Part shown: positions 37,395 to 51,049 of the stretch, in pieces
Layout: each line of letters starts with the position of its first letter
Position numbering within the stretch: position 1 is the first letter of the stretch
Assembly (NCBI RefSeq): GCF_006345805.1
Contig: NC_042999.1
Location: 19,840,001-19,904,000 of the forward strand
From: Octopus sinensis
Lineage: Eukaryota
Length of the DNA: 64,000 bases
Direction: 5' to 3'
Notes under the pieces: model-generated
What the model was told of the DNA's origin: nothing
The model's input: the letters and a program-made list of their open reading frames with translations, nothing else
The model's database searches: none
Program-made: the position numbers and the translations under genes

Positions 37395-37990
37395 TGTAGA
37401 ATCGAGTGAAATTGTAGTCATGGCTGATGCTAGTGCTGTCTAACTGGCACCCATGCTAGTGGCATTCAAATGTTGGGGCCTCATGGGGGCAGTGACAGTG
37501 ACAGGTGATCAAGACCTTTGACAATATACCACGGTTGTGTAGACCTGTCAAACCAAGCAAGACCATAGTCGTGGCCAATGCTGGAGGCATGTGAAAAGCA
37601 CCCACTATACTCTCAGAGTGGCTGGCATTAATAAGGGCATCCAGCTATGGAAACCATGCCAAATCAGATTGGAACATGGTGCAGCCCCACTGGGTTACCA
37701 GTTTTCAGTCAAACCATCTGACCCATGCCAGCATAGAAAGAGGACGTTAAATGATGATGATGGCATTTCTTTACTACCCACAAGGGGCTAAACACAGAGA
37801 AGACAAACAAGGACAGACAAACGGATGAAGTCAATTATATCGACCCCAGTGCATAACTGGTACTTATTTAATCGACCGCGAGAGGATGAAAGGCAAAGTT
37901 GACCTCATCGGAATTTGAACTCAGAACGTAAAGGCAGATGAAATACCACTAAGCATTTCACCCGGCATGCTAACAATTCTGCCAGTTCAT
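37395..37990. mobile_element. Family M end (plus) abutting a family N SINE (minus)
   Basis: Family motifs as above. Junction near 37765. Confidence 0.7.
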
Positions 37991-38534
37991 ACCGGAGTTG
38001 GCGTAATCATCTAATCTCTCCTCTGAAATTACTGGCCTTGTGCCAAAATTTGAAATCAATATCTTATGCCCTTAACCCATTGCCTGCTATGATTCCTATT
38101 TGGGGATCTGCTAAAAAAAAGTCTCACTGCTGGTTGTTCGTTGTATTTAAACTGAATTGTTTCTGTACATTACATTTGCCGAGGTGTGTTTAACAATATT
38201 TAGTAGTTAAAGTCTGTCATTATTAGCTCTGGCTAATTCCAGAGGACATTTTATGTCATAAATCGCAATTTTTGAACTACAAGAATATTGACTGTTTTGA
38301 AAACGTTTTATTTTTTGAATATTTGTGCATTTCCCATCCATGTCATTCACAGATATTTCACACAAATTTACATTTGATACTATAGTTTCAAAAAAATGCT
38401 GAAATGTTTATTATTGCAATTAAATAGAAAAGGATAAATATGCTTTTTTCCAGCAATCCCGATTTGAGACTTGTCAAAAAACTTTATCATAATTTCCAAA
38501 ATAATTCACATTTGAAGAAAATTTAAATACTATA

Positions 38535-38937
38535 AGCATAGGAGTGGCTGTGTGGTAAGCAGCTTGCTTATCAACCACATAGTTCCGGGTTCAGTCCCAC
38601 TGCGTGGCACCTTAGGCAAGTGTCTTCTACTATAGCCCCGAGCTAACCAAAGCCTTGTGAGTGGATTTGGTAGACAGAAACTGAAAGAAGCCTGTCGTAT
38701 ATATATTTATATATGTGTTTGTGTGTCTGTGTTTGTCCCCACAACATCGCATGACAACAGATGCTGGTTTGTTTACATCCCTTTAAATCAGTGGTTTGGC
38801 AAAAGAGACCGATAGAATAAGTACTAGACTTACAAAGAATAAGTCCTGGGGTCGATTTGCTTGACTAAAGGCGGTGCTCCAGCATGACCACAGTCAAATG
38901 ACTGAAACAAGTAAAGGAGTAAAAGAGTAAGGAGTAA
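38535..38937 (+). mobile_element. Full-length family C SINE
   Basis: Head, core, microsatellite and GTAAAAGAGT tail all present. Confidence 0.85.
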
Positions 38938-39889
38938 AAATATCTAAATAATTTCAATTTTTCTTTTTAGTACCGAAATGAAAAATATTATACTTTACAT
39001 AGTAGAAAATATACTTCACATTGAAGAATAGTCATCTTAGAGCATTTCTACTGCTCCATAGAATATACAATCTCAAAGACTGCCTTGGTTCTATGCTATT
39101 ATCTATTCCAATGCTCAGTTATAGCAGCTAAAAATAAACACTACCTCCACTTCATACTTCATTACTTAGCCTTATTAAAATTTATCCACCTGTGAAATAT
39201 GTCTTCTATTAATGGACGAATATATCTAGATTTTCAAGACCATTAAATCCATGTTTGGCTGCAAACATTGTGTGCAAACCCAGCAATAAAACAAATTTAT
39301 ATAATTAAAAAGAAAAACAAAAATGAATAAATTTACTCTCAGTTAAAAATAGAATTTATCTTGGAGCATGTCTGTTCTGTTATTTTGTGAATAATATTTA
39401 CTTAGTGGAATTTGTCTTGCAGGACTACTACAGTAAAACAGACGAGACACTACAATCTTTATTTGTTAAATGTAAACAGAAAATGCAGCAGAGAAATTTT
39501 CAATGCTTTCACTTAAAACATTTGCTAGACAATAGCAAAACTGGTCGTACGAATTTTGTGTTTTATTTGCTTTGCTATTCACAATTCCATCTCTTCTATT
39601 AACTCAAAGTATAAGTTGCTTTTTTTTTTTCATTTTAATTAGTCTGTATGGCTATGGTTAAATTTACTGAGCATCTTGCATACACAACACATATGTGTGT
39701 ATGTGTGTACATATATATATATATGCATGTGTGTGTGTATATATATATGTGTGTGTGTGTGTATATATATGTGTGTGTGTATGTGTGTATATATATATAT
39801 ATGTATATATATGTATATATATATGTATGTATATATATATATGTATATATATATATGTATATACATACATACATACATATATATATATG

Positions 39890-39925
<36 letters not shown>

Positions 39926-39928
39926 TAT

Positions 39929-40253
39929 GGCTCAGTGGTTAGAGCGTCGAGCTTACGATCGTGAGGTTGTGAGTTTGAATTCCGGACCAGTCTGTATGTT
40001 GTGTTCTTGAGCAAGACACTTTATTTCATGTTGCTCCAGTTCACTCAGCTGTAGAAATGAGTTGCGACGTCACTGGTGCCAAGCTGTATCGGCCCCTTTG
40101 CCTTTCCCTTGGATAACACTGGTGGCATAGAGAGGGGAGGCCGGTATGCATGGGTGTATGCTTGTCTTCCATAAACAACCTTGCCCGGACTTGTGCCTGG
40201 GAGGGTAACTTTCTAGGTGCAATTCCATTGTCAGTCATGAACGAAGGGGTCTC
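39929..40253 (+). mobile_element. Full-length family V SINE
   Basis: Box A TGGCTCAGTGGTTAGAGCG, box B GAGTTTGAATTCC, then TTCTTGAGCAAGACACTT. Confidence 0.85.
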
Positions 40254-40316
40254 AGCAGCAATATATATGAATATGGCAAATTAAAGACAAGATGGAATAT
40301 ACAAAAATTTATTATT

Positions 40317-40573
40317 AATCACGACAATTGTTTCGACACATCTAGCATCGATTCCTCATGGATGGGACACTCAACAACTAGATATTCCCTCCATCTGGCT
40401 GCTCTTCTTTCCACAAAATGCGAAAGTTACATTGCGGAACTGTTATTTTAATTTGTTGTATTTATTTATCACCTGATGAAATACATCTGCACCACTGGAA
40501 GCTCCTGAGCCACTTGTTGAGTGTTCCACCCAAGAGGGATCGATGCTAGATGCGTCGAAACAATTGTGGTGAT
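40317..40573. repeat. Penelope-like inverted repeat (arms of about 63 bp) containing a hammerhead-like motif on the plus strand (40468-40573)
   Basis: ATCAC-CTGATGA-[77 nt]-GAAAC-AATT-GT-G-GTGAT. The inverted arm at 40317 retains the GTC triplet. Confidence 0.6.
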
Positions 40574-40585
40574 ATATGAAGACTG

Positions 40586-40862
40586 ACCACTACGTGCACA
40601 TCCATTATGCTAGAAGTAGGTCTGCTATGGTATTACCATTAAGAAAGGAATGTTCTCAAGAAAAATTTAGCAAACACCAGAATGTATTTGCTGAAGTGTT
40701 AATAGTGAAACTAGTTTATGATTAATCTATATTTTTGTTCCTTTTCATTTGTCTTGCTCGCTTACGTTCTGGCGTTTGCTAAATTTTCTTGAGAACATTT
40801 CTTTCTTAGTGGCGAGACCATAGTGTATCTACTTCTAGTATAATGGATGTCCACGTAGTGGT
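40586..40862. mobile_element. Foldback MITE with imperfect TIRs of about 110 bp
   Basis: ACCACTACGTG.ACATCCATTAT.CTAGAAGTAG ... CTACTTCTAG.ATAATGGATGT.CACGTAGTGGT. Confidence 0.7.
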
Positions 40863-40924
40863 TCATCCCTCTTATATGTATGTAATATAAATTTTTCTGG
40901 ATCTTCAGATTTTAATATGCTAGA

Positions 40925-41253
40925 CCTCTGGAGAAATTGGTGGAACGGCTGGGAAGGGTGAATGGAGTGAGGTGGAATGGGCACGTGTTGAAGCGGAATG
41001 AAGAGCATGTTCTGAGGAGGGTGATTGCATTTGAGGTAAATGGACCATGAATGCGAGGCAGACCGAGGAAACTGTGGAGGGGACAGATGGAGGAGGAGAT
41101 TGGGAGGGCTGGTTTGAAAACGTAAGGCACCCAAAACTGGGCAAGATGGCGAGATGGTGTGAGGGCGGTTGCTATGGCACTGAGGTAAATCTGGCCACCC
41201 CCATTAATGGGGACAAAACCTGGATTTAAAACGCTGGATGATGATGATGATGA
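40925..41253 (+). mobile_element. RTE-clade LINE 3' end
   Basis: Translates VRWNGHVLKRNEEHVLRRVIAFEVNGP*MRGRPRKLW...NWARWRDGV, followed by a (GAT)n tail. Confidence 0.85.
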
Positions 41254-43371
41254 ATCACAAGTCACCATATTCTCAGAACTTTCCTGTTCAATGTATCTCC
41301 CATATTTATTATAAAGCATGCTGCTAGATTGCTATGAATTCCACTGCCATGCAGACCTCTTCTCATCTCAATGTCTGTGGAATGAAAAACGGTATTGTTT
41401 CTGTCTCTATTCAATAGTCCCTACCTTGACATTTCTTCAATGCTAGCTGACACTTTCTCTTCTCCAAATCACACTTTATTAACACCTGCTTCCCATCGTT
41501 ATTGCTTACTTTCAATCTTATATTCTTTAACATTGCTCCCTCCTCGATCACTCTTTGCATGCAAACATGCATTACTCACCCTCTCCTATTTCTCCTTCTT
41601 CCATTACCTTGCACTCTACCATTTCAACCCTTTTTTTCCACATTATGCTTCCCATGCTGTGTTTTCTATTCAAGCTCCTTACTAACAACCAGCATGTAGC
41701 TGTCTCCCACTGCTTCTTTTCCATTATTCTCTTCTTTACTCCTTCTTGTTCTTGCCATTTTATTTCTTCTGTCATACACATAATCATACTCTCTCTCTCT
41801 CTCTCTTTTTCTCTCTCTTTCTCTCTCTCTCCCTCTCTCTCTTACTTCATTCTCTTGCCCTGATTCTCACTCTATCATCACTCCATCTTCTATTCACCAA
41901 CTAAAACAGATATTCAAAATATAACCTTCTCCACTGAAATGACTAATGTTGCTAGGTTGATGTCTCCCTAGATTGGAAAATTAGAAGCTTTATTTTTGCT
42001 TTTTATCGTTCATATATTGATTATTGTATATGTTATAAGAAATATTTCCTATCACATTGCCAAATGAATCCTAGAGACTTTAATAACAAAAATATTTGCT
42101 TGTCTTTTTTCCCCAAGAGATTAGAATTTTCCTTGTGAATATCAATAGTATATAGTTTTTTGTTGCCTTCCTTCTGGTTTTGTTTTAAAAGGTTCTTTTT
42201 TGATAGCAAAAGCCTGTGATAAGAGACAGAAGCAGAGAGCAAATGAAGAACGAGGGAAAATGAAGAAGAACCATCTTCAATATTTGGAATGTATGCTATT
42301 TATCAACCCTGAAGTAAAGAAAGATAGGACTGACCTCAGTAAGATTTGAAATTACAATGGACAGAACTGACACAAATACTAGTTATTTTATCTGACACTT
42401 CTACTATAGGCACAAGGCTTGAAATTTGAAGGGAGGGGCATGGTTGATTATATCGATATCAAATAAGTATCAACTGGTACGTGCTTATTCTTTCAACCCA
42501 CCAAAAGGATGAAAGGCAAAGTCAACCTTGTTGGATGGCACTAACCATTTTGTCTCCTGAGCTAACAATTCTGCCAAATTTCTGCCTTCCCAGAGACTAT
42601 TAATAATGAAAGTATATATTGTTGTATTTCAGGATGGTCATTTTGGTTTTGTTTTTGCCAAATAAACACACGTACAACATATATAAATAAAATATGAAAT
42701 GTGACAAGAACGCAAAACATCCGGACAACTAGATGATACAAAAAGGGACAACAAAACATCCAGATAGACAATACAAAGAAAACAAGGACGGGACATTCAA
42801 AGTAGTTTTCCTCAGTCAAGCACCAGATTATCCTCACAATTTCAGCTAATTATTCTTGAGATTGCTCCCATCTGGCCAGCTCCAAGGGAAAAAACTAAGC
42901 TAAGAGCATTAGATTTCTTGGAAGAAAGCAGCGAATGTATACAAAAACAAGGACAGAAAAAACGGACAATGTTACACAAATATAAAAACAATAAAAATAC
43001 AATAAAAATAATAACAGTCCATAACAGCAGGTGTCTTTCGACTGGAGACGAATTGAATTAAGCTGGTGCGTGTGGAAATGAAGCCTTACAGCAGAGATAC
43101 AAAAATTTCACTAAGACAGGAAAGAATATCGTTCTTCACTCATTAATTACTGTTCTTATTTTATTATCTTAACTCATGTTCATTACTTATTTGAGACCTC
43201 TTCAGCGACACTTTTTATTTTCATGCTAGTTCTTGCTCGACTTACTCCGTTCTGTTATTCTAAGCATGTATTTCTTCCCTCTATTTGGCTTTAACATTTT
43301 TGCTTAAATTTTTGGTAATATTTGTTTCAATTCCTTTTGCTTGAATATTGTCAAATGTCACACTTACTAAT

Positions 43372-44307
43372 TTGGCTCTGTAGTACATATGTCTTGTTTC
43401 CATAAATTTTCAATTAAAATCTTTCACCAAACCTTAGTCATTATTTATGTTCCTAACACTAGCTTAATGATAACTAAGTTATTTTACTAAACCCTTTGTT
43501 ATATCTAAAATCAATTGAAAGAATCACAGAGTATCTCAACAGAAATATGGTAACAAAACGGTTAAAATATAAAATAGGGAAACAATTCTTAACCCTATTG
43601 ATACCAACCTGGCTGAAACTACCTCTGGTACTGTAGTACAAATATCTTGTTTTCATAAGTTTTGAATTGAAATCATCCACCAAACCTTAGTCACTATTTA
43701 TGTTACTAACATGAGCTTTATGATAACTAAGTTATTTTACTAAATTCTTTGTTTTATTTAAAGTAATTGAAAGAAACACAGAGCATCTCAACAGAAATAT
43801 GGTAACAAAACGGTTAAAATATATAATAGGGAAACAATTCTTAACCCTTTTGATACCAACCTGGCTGAAACTACCTCTGGTACTGTAGTACAAATATCTT
43901 GTTTTCATAAGTTTTGAATTGAAATCTTCCACCAATCCTTAGTCACAATTTATGTTACTAACACGAGCTTTATGATAACTAAGTTATTTTACTAAATTCT
44001 TGTTTTTTTTTAAAGTAATTGAAAGAAACACAGAGCATCTCAACAGAAATATGGTAACAAAACGGTTAAAATATATAATAGAGAAACAATTCTTAACCCT
44101 CCTGAAACCGCCTCTGGCTCTGTAATACAAATGTCTTGTTTTCATAAGTTTGGAATTAATATCTTTCACCAAACCTTAGTCACAATTAATGTTCCTAAAA
44201 CTAGCTTAATGATAACTAAGTTATTTTACTAAATTCTTTGTTATATTTGAAATTAATTGAAAGAAACACAAAGTATCTCAACAGAAATATCGTATCAAAT
44301 TGGTTAA
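43372..44307 (+). mobile_element. Tandem array of four piggyBac-type MITE units
   Basis: Units end in TTAA at 43565, 43817, 44069 and 44307, with the spacer AATATATAATAG(G/A)GAAACAATTC. Confidence 0.85.
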
Positions 44308-44526
44308 TATGTTGATTCACTTTTATAGATTTTTTTCCTCTGTTTATATTTCTATGGAGCATGGCTGTAATAGTTTAAAGGTTTGCAACCTGACCACATG
44401 GTTTCAGGTTGAGTTCCACTTTGTGGCTCTTTGGACAAGTGTCTGCTATAACCTCTAGTGGACTAAAGCCTTGTTAGTGGCTTTGCTAGAGAGAAACTGA
44501 AAGAAGCCCATTGTTTTTATACATAT

Positions 44527-44708
44527 AGGTGCAGGAGTGGCTGTGTGGTAAGTAGCTTGCTTACCAACCACATGGTTCCGGGTTCAGTCCCACTGTGTGG
44601 CGCCTTGGGCAAGTGTCTTCTACTATAGCCTTGGGCTGACCAAATCCTTGTGAGTGGATTTGGTAGACAGAAACTGAAAGAAGCCAATCATATATATGTA
44701 TATATGTA

Positions 44709-44757
<49 letters not shown>

Positions 44758-44965
44758 GCATGTATGTATGTATGTGTATATGTTTGTGTATCTGTGTTTT
44801 TCCCTCCAGCATTGCTTGACAACCGATGCTGGTGTGTTTACATCCCCAATAGAATAAGTACTAGGCTTACAAAGAATAAATCCCAGGGTCAATTTGCTCG
44901 ACTAAAGGCAGTGCTCCAGCTTGGCCACAGTCAGATGACTGAAACAAGTAAAAGAGTAAAAGTGT
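44527..44965 (+). mobile_element. Family C SINE (a degenerate head precedes it at about 44365)
   Basis: Family motifs. Confidence 0.85.
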
Positions 44966-44976
44966 ATATATGTGTG

Positions 44977-45065
<89 letters not shown>

Positions 45066-45788
45066 ATGTGGTTGTGAAGCTTGTCCCTTTTGATTTTGAT
45101 ATCAGGCAATGGTTGTAAATGAGCTTCACTGTCACACAGATAACTCAATCCTGGTTGCTAATACAGCAAAGTTATGCAGAGCAGGAGATGTTGAAGTGTT
45201 TTTGTCACACACATTACACTATGCTGTGGCTTGTATGTGAACCACTAACCCTTTTGCTCATAGTTCAGTACTGGATGGACACAAAACATACAGCTTTATT
45301 ATCTTACAAGTGTATGTGTAATAAAAGGATATACATCATCTTATTCCTGTTTTATATCCACAAAACATTAAGGTTAATGCAATTTGCTAAGTCATATCAT
45401 TTTGACCAAAACCAAGTCATTGTATCAATAGAAAATGTACCACAGCTTTAAGCTTATTTCTTTCTTACTGTTTGGATGAGACAATAAGAAATAAAGAAAG
45501 AAAAAACTTATAAAGACAAAAAAATGCATTGACCAAAAACTAAAAAGCAACGTAAATATTATTAAGACTTTCCTTCCAGCTTCCATGTCAACATTAATCT
45601 TTGTCTTTGCATCAAAGATGAAATGATAACTTGAAATAAAAAGAAAAGAAGAAACGCAATGTTTTGTCTCAAATGCAGCATGCATCAGGTTTAGAGTTGA
45701 GGTTTTTGCATAAAATGCAATAAGGATGTAATTGGTAAATAAAATAAATGGTTGGCAATTGAGAGTTTTGAAGATAGGGACAGCTGTG

Positions 45789-45819
<31 letters not shown>

Positions 45820-45985
45820 GAAGAGCACTGGCACACTCAAGTATATGTGTATGATGTAGGAAATTACATAGAAGTGTTTAAAAGTTTTATCAGAAGAAAG
45901 TATCTGGTTATTGCAAATATCATTTGAAAACTTTGTGAAAGTGGTGGGTAAGGAGCTGGAGAAAGGAAGCTGGTAGGAAGGTCGG

Positions 45986-46028
<43 letters not shown>

Positions 46029-46273
46029 GTTGGAAGGAAGGGTTGGTGCAAAGAAAGGTAAAAGGAGCATCGAGATATCATAAAAGGAAATTAGTTTTGA
46101 TGAGTGGGATATAAAATTAGCTGGAAAGACCACTAAAGAATTCTCTGAGACAAATTAGATCTGGCTCAAGAATGAAAATTATATAAAAGAGGTGTGTATG
46201 TATGTGTGTATGTGCATGCAAACTATATATATATCTATACCTATATATAATATATTATATATTATATATATAT

Positions 46274-46339
<66 letters not shown>

Positions 46340-46346
46340 ATATAGG

Positions 46347-46383
<37 letters not shown>

Positions 46384-46421
46384 TATATATAGTATAATAT
46401 AATATATATATATATATATAT

Positions 46422-46480
<59 letters not shown>

Positions 46481-48274
46481 GTATGTATATTATATATATA
46501 TATGTGTGTGTGTGTGTGTTATGTATATATATAGTGTGTGTGTGTGTGTCTCATATTACAGAGGAAATGATGGCAATAATTATTGCTAAGAAGCTGCTGG
46601 CAGAAGGGAAATCATCAATATCTGTATTTGTTATCTCCTGCGCCTGGAATCAGGTCTAGTGTATAACATATGACTATTACAACAGTATAAATGTGCCCTG
46701 GGGGCGCGGGAGAAGAAGAATGTCCTTTAATCAGATTAGCTGTGAAATTGACTGCTCGCTTTTCAAAAGAAACTATTGAAGATTTCGAGAAAGAAAAACC
46801 CAAAATAGAAACTACTGGAATTATGCAGGCTGGAGTTGATAGAGATACTACTATTACAAAATTAATCAGATGTTAGATTCAAAGACAGCATATCTCTGAT
46901 GTGGATACCATTTTACTTTGATATCGTTACTATTACCTCCGAGTAGAGATAGTTTTATAAAAGTGTTGCTTATATTGTATCTGAAAGAGATAACAGTTTA
47001 TTGTTATTTTATACTTAAAATGATGTAGTTGTTTATAATTGTGTTGAAGCCAAATAATGTTGTTATTATGAATATTGTTTATGGTTAATCTAAACCAATC
47101 TAAGCTAACTGCAACACAGTAGTAGCTGTTTTGCCTTTATACTGAAGCTATATATCATAATACTAACAATACTAACCATATATATATATATAGCAGTTTG
47201 TATTGTTCTGGGACAGTAGTTACAATGTAATATATCACATCTGATGTCATTCTAATGTTGACTGCATAATGCAATGTTGATTTACCTTATTGTTAGCAAG
47301 AGGTGTATATATATATATATATATATAAATAGTGCTTATTATATATCTATATATATATGAATATATATATATATACATATATACATATATACATATATAC
47401 ATACACACATATATATATATGTGTATATATATGTATATATATAGATATACATATACATACACACACTCACACATATATATCATGCATGTATAGATAAATA
47501 TATATGTTCATATATATACATATATGTGTATGTGTGTATTTATAAATGTGTTTGCAGATATACACACCACACACATATATATATATATGTATATACATAC
47601 ATACATATCTATATGCATATTTATATATCAACACACACACACACACACACACACACATAAATATATATTCTGTTAGTTAATTTTTTTTTCGGTAGCTGCT
47701 GTAGTTATTGTTGCTTTTGAACTTTTGCAGTTAAACTAGATTCTCAATAAGATAGAAACAGTGATGAGAATATGTACTTAATCGATTTTTATTTCAAAAG
47801 AACTCTGTTTTATGAAATATATATTTAAATACAGTACTATACTACATTGAATACAAAAAGATATTTCTCAATGGTCAAAACCCTCCCTTCGTTGATATTC
47901 ATATAAAAAAAAGAAAACAGAACATTATGTGATGCATGAGGTTTCTCTGCTCACCATAACAAAGAGAAAGCTAATTTTTTTAAAATCATATCATTATTAC
48001 ACGTCTACATGTCTGATATGAGAAGGTCATTATAGGTTAACATAAACAATTACTGAAACTCTGCAGAGTTTAAGCAAGGTTTGCAAAAGGTGTATGCTTG
48101 GATGTGTGGTTAAAAACTCACTTTGCAACCATATGGCTTCAGGTTTGCTCCCACTGCACGGCACTTTAGGGATATATCTTCTTCTACCAGGCTGGGCAAA
48201 AGATTTTTTTTTTTTGTATTTTCACTGATGGTTGATTTTTGGGGGCAACTTTTATCTCCATGTTATATCGGTAA

Positions 48275-48663
48275 CTAGCAGTATCGCCCGGCGTTGCTTG
48301 AGTTTGTTTCGACCCTTTAAAATTACAATTTTTGAAAAGTAAAAATTTTGCATTATGTAGCTTGTTATTCTCTTTAAGTGAACATTTTCCTGGTTGAAAT
48401 ACACCGAAAATGGCGACACAGCAGTCAAAAAATCGTAAAAAATAGGGATTTTCATAGAAAAAGAGTACCTTTTTGATGTAAATAATCTTTGGTGTTAACA
48501 TGGTCTGATTTGAAGTTTTTCTTCTGCGGAAGGAAGAGCAAGCCTTCTTCTATCATGCTCTCAATTTTGGTCAACTTGCGCTGCAGGGTCTCGGAGGAGA
48601 TAGTGTTAGTTGAAGGCTACCAAACATGCAATACACAGACAACTTCAGCTTTATATATATAGA
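48275..48663 (-). mobile_element. Non-autonomous Helitron, second family
   Basis: Minus strand reads A|TCTATATATATAAAG...CTCAAGCAACGCCGGGCGATACTGCTAG|T. The 3' end matches 34064-34446 but the interior differs. Confidence 0.75.
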
Positions 48664-48689
48664 TATTTGAAATGAATTGTTGTCTAATT

Positions 48690-49031
48690 GTTGCTGAATT
48701 TCGTTTTGGGATTTGCTTTGTAAGATTCTTTATGTGAGTTTGTGTGTTGAAGCATATTCTGTTGTGTCTGGGGAGAGTCATTTCCTTTTTGTGCCTTATA
48801 ATGTAACACACTCACCAGTAAAATTTCCACTTACTTCTTATTTTCATTTTCCTAAAATTTTCGTTGCGTCCTGCAACCTTTTCAATAGTCTTGACTCTTA
48901 TTAGAAAGGTTGCAAGATGCAACGAAATTTTTTAGGAAAATAAAAATAAGAAATAACTGGAAATTTTACCAGTGAGTGTGTTACGTTATACAGCACAAAA
49001 AGAAAATGACTCTCTCCAGACACAACAGAAT
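48690..49031. mobile_element. Family F foldback MITE, complete palindrome
   Basis: 48756-49031 is self-complementary along its length. Confidence 0.8.
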
Positions 49032-49111
49032 GTTGCTGAATTGTTTATTCTTTATTTTCATGTGTAACATATAAACATTAATTCTTTATTCTTTATTTTA
49101 CAGCTTTGAAT

Positions 49112-49400
49112 ATGAAGTGAGAAAAAATTGCAATTAGAGGCATTTTATGTGACCTGTGGATAAGAGGACCAGGTGTAAGGTTAGCATCAAAAGAAATTAA
49201 TGATGTGGAATGCCCAGGAACTGTCAAAGAACATCTTGCACAAAACTAGTTCAGCAATTTCAAGAAAGGTGACATCAGCCTTGAAGACAAATCTAGGTCA
49301 GGGAGACCTTCTGCTGAGTTAGATGAGGTCTTGCTTCAGGTATCTGAGGAACAGCCCAGCACATGCATTCACAAGTTGCCAGCAAGACTTGGTTCCTCCG
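49112..49400 (+). pseudogene. Mariner transposase N-terminal fragment
   Basis: ...KEINDVECPGTVKEHLAQN*FSNFKKGDISLEDKSRSGRPS, matching the mariner F..G...LED..RSGRP motif. Confidence 0.75.
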
Positions 49401-49644
49401 TATCCCTCTCCAGATGGTTAACCCTCTGAAATATCCCTACTACTCATGACTTTCCTGTAAGTGTCATCCCGCAACAATTTAAGTAGAACAGTAAAGGCAT
49501 CACTTCGTTGACCACAAAGAGCCTACAAAGGCTATGGGTACTGCCCCCTTTTTATAGACCCAACAATTATAGAAAATACAATTTCTTAGCATCTATGTTT
49601 ATTCTATATTTCATGATCAGGTCTCTTGTTTCTGGATATATATT

Positions 49645-49981
49645 TACAATTCCTGGCCTCTGTGCCGGTGGCACGTAAAAGGCACCATTCGAGCGTGATC
49701 GTTACCACCATCGCCTTACTGGCACCTGTGCCGGTGGCATGTGTAAAAGATTTGAGCGAGGTCATTTCCAGTACCGCCTGACTGGCCCTGTGCCGGTGGC
49801 ATATAAAAGCACCCACTACACTCTCAGAGTGGTTGACGTTAGGAAGGGCATCCAGCTGTAGAAACTCTGCCAGATCAAGATTGAAGCCTGGTGCAGCCAT
49901 CTGGTTTGCCAGCCCTCAGTCAAATCATCCAACCCATGCTAGCATGGAAAGTGGACGTTAAACGATGATGATGATGATGAT
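49645..49981 (+). mobile_element. Family M element
   Basis: Family motifs and GAT tail. Confidence 0.8.
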
Positions 49982-51049
49982 TCTTGACTGGTCTTGAACT
50001 AGGAACGGATAGTCAACCAGCCTCTTCTAACCAAAAAATTTTGCTTCAGAATTACAACTCTCTCTTTCTGAGAATTAATTTATACCGATCTATATCAAGA
50101 CACACAAATATATACACAGAAAGACACACACAGAGTAAGTGAGAGAGGGCACTACATGGCATTAAGGCAAATAGATAAGCTTATGAGCCTGTGTCTTTTG
50201 TAAACAGCTGTTGTGTAAAGTAAACGTTGAGGTTAAACAATGGATTTTTCTTTCTGAGGTTAGAAAATGAAATCACCCAGGCTAGTCATAGCAACTCTTA
50301 TTTTTCATTATTTGACATCAGCAAGTCATTTACAAATTTGATTAATTGATCATCTTCGTGCAATTATATCACCAAACCACTAATGAAGTAAGAAGAAATT
50401 CTGAATCTCATCTGGTCAATGTTTCATTGGTCACAGACAGAGAAAAACATGGTTTAATGACAATATCTCCTTGTATCAGCAAGGCTAAAAATACGTGCTT
50501 ACTGAAATCAAATACTTGTTTACCTCTCTCCCTCAAAGCCTACATATCTGCATATGAACATACATATTCATGCATACAAACACATACACATACACACTTA
50601 CATAAACGTATGTGTATTAGCAGAGTCATTCATTAGAACATTAGATAAAATGAAAAGTTGTATTTTTTTTCCAACATTTTGTAGTAAGTTCAAACCCTGC
50701 CAAGAACAACTTTTCTCTTTATCCTTTCAGGGTTGTTAAAAAAAGTACCACTCTATAAGAGCGGATTGAGGAAGCTTTTTAAAGGGTTGTGCAAGATGCT
50801 TTGTGGTATCTGTTCCCAATACTTGCATTCTAACAGCAATACATACTACAACATTAATGCTAAGTTATAGCAGCCAAAATTGACGGTTTTTTGCTTGGAC
50901 AAAAAATGGTGGCATTGACAAGGGAGACGTTCATGTTTTATGAAACTGCTAGTCTTCTTCAAAAAGTGTCTTTTGCAGGCCTGTGCATACATATGCAGTT
51001 GATTGGTCATCATTGACCAATTATTTTCTGATATATTTGAATGTATATA

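Noticed and set aside
39929-40000. tRNA-like sequences at SINE heads
   Set aside because: Box A and B are present, but I could not fold a full cloverleaf and each continues into a SINE body.
42630-43080. Possible further Penelope-like repeat with CTGAGGA on the minus strand
   Set aside because: Could not assemble a hammerhead fold or find a second copy in the window.
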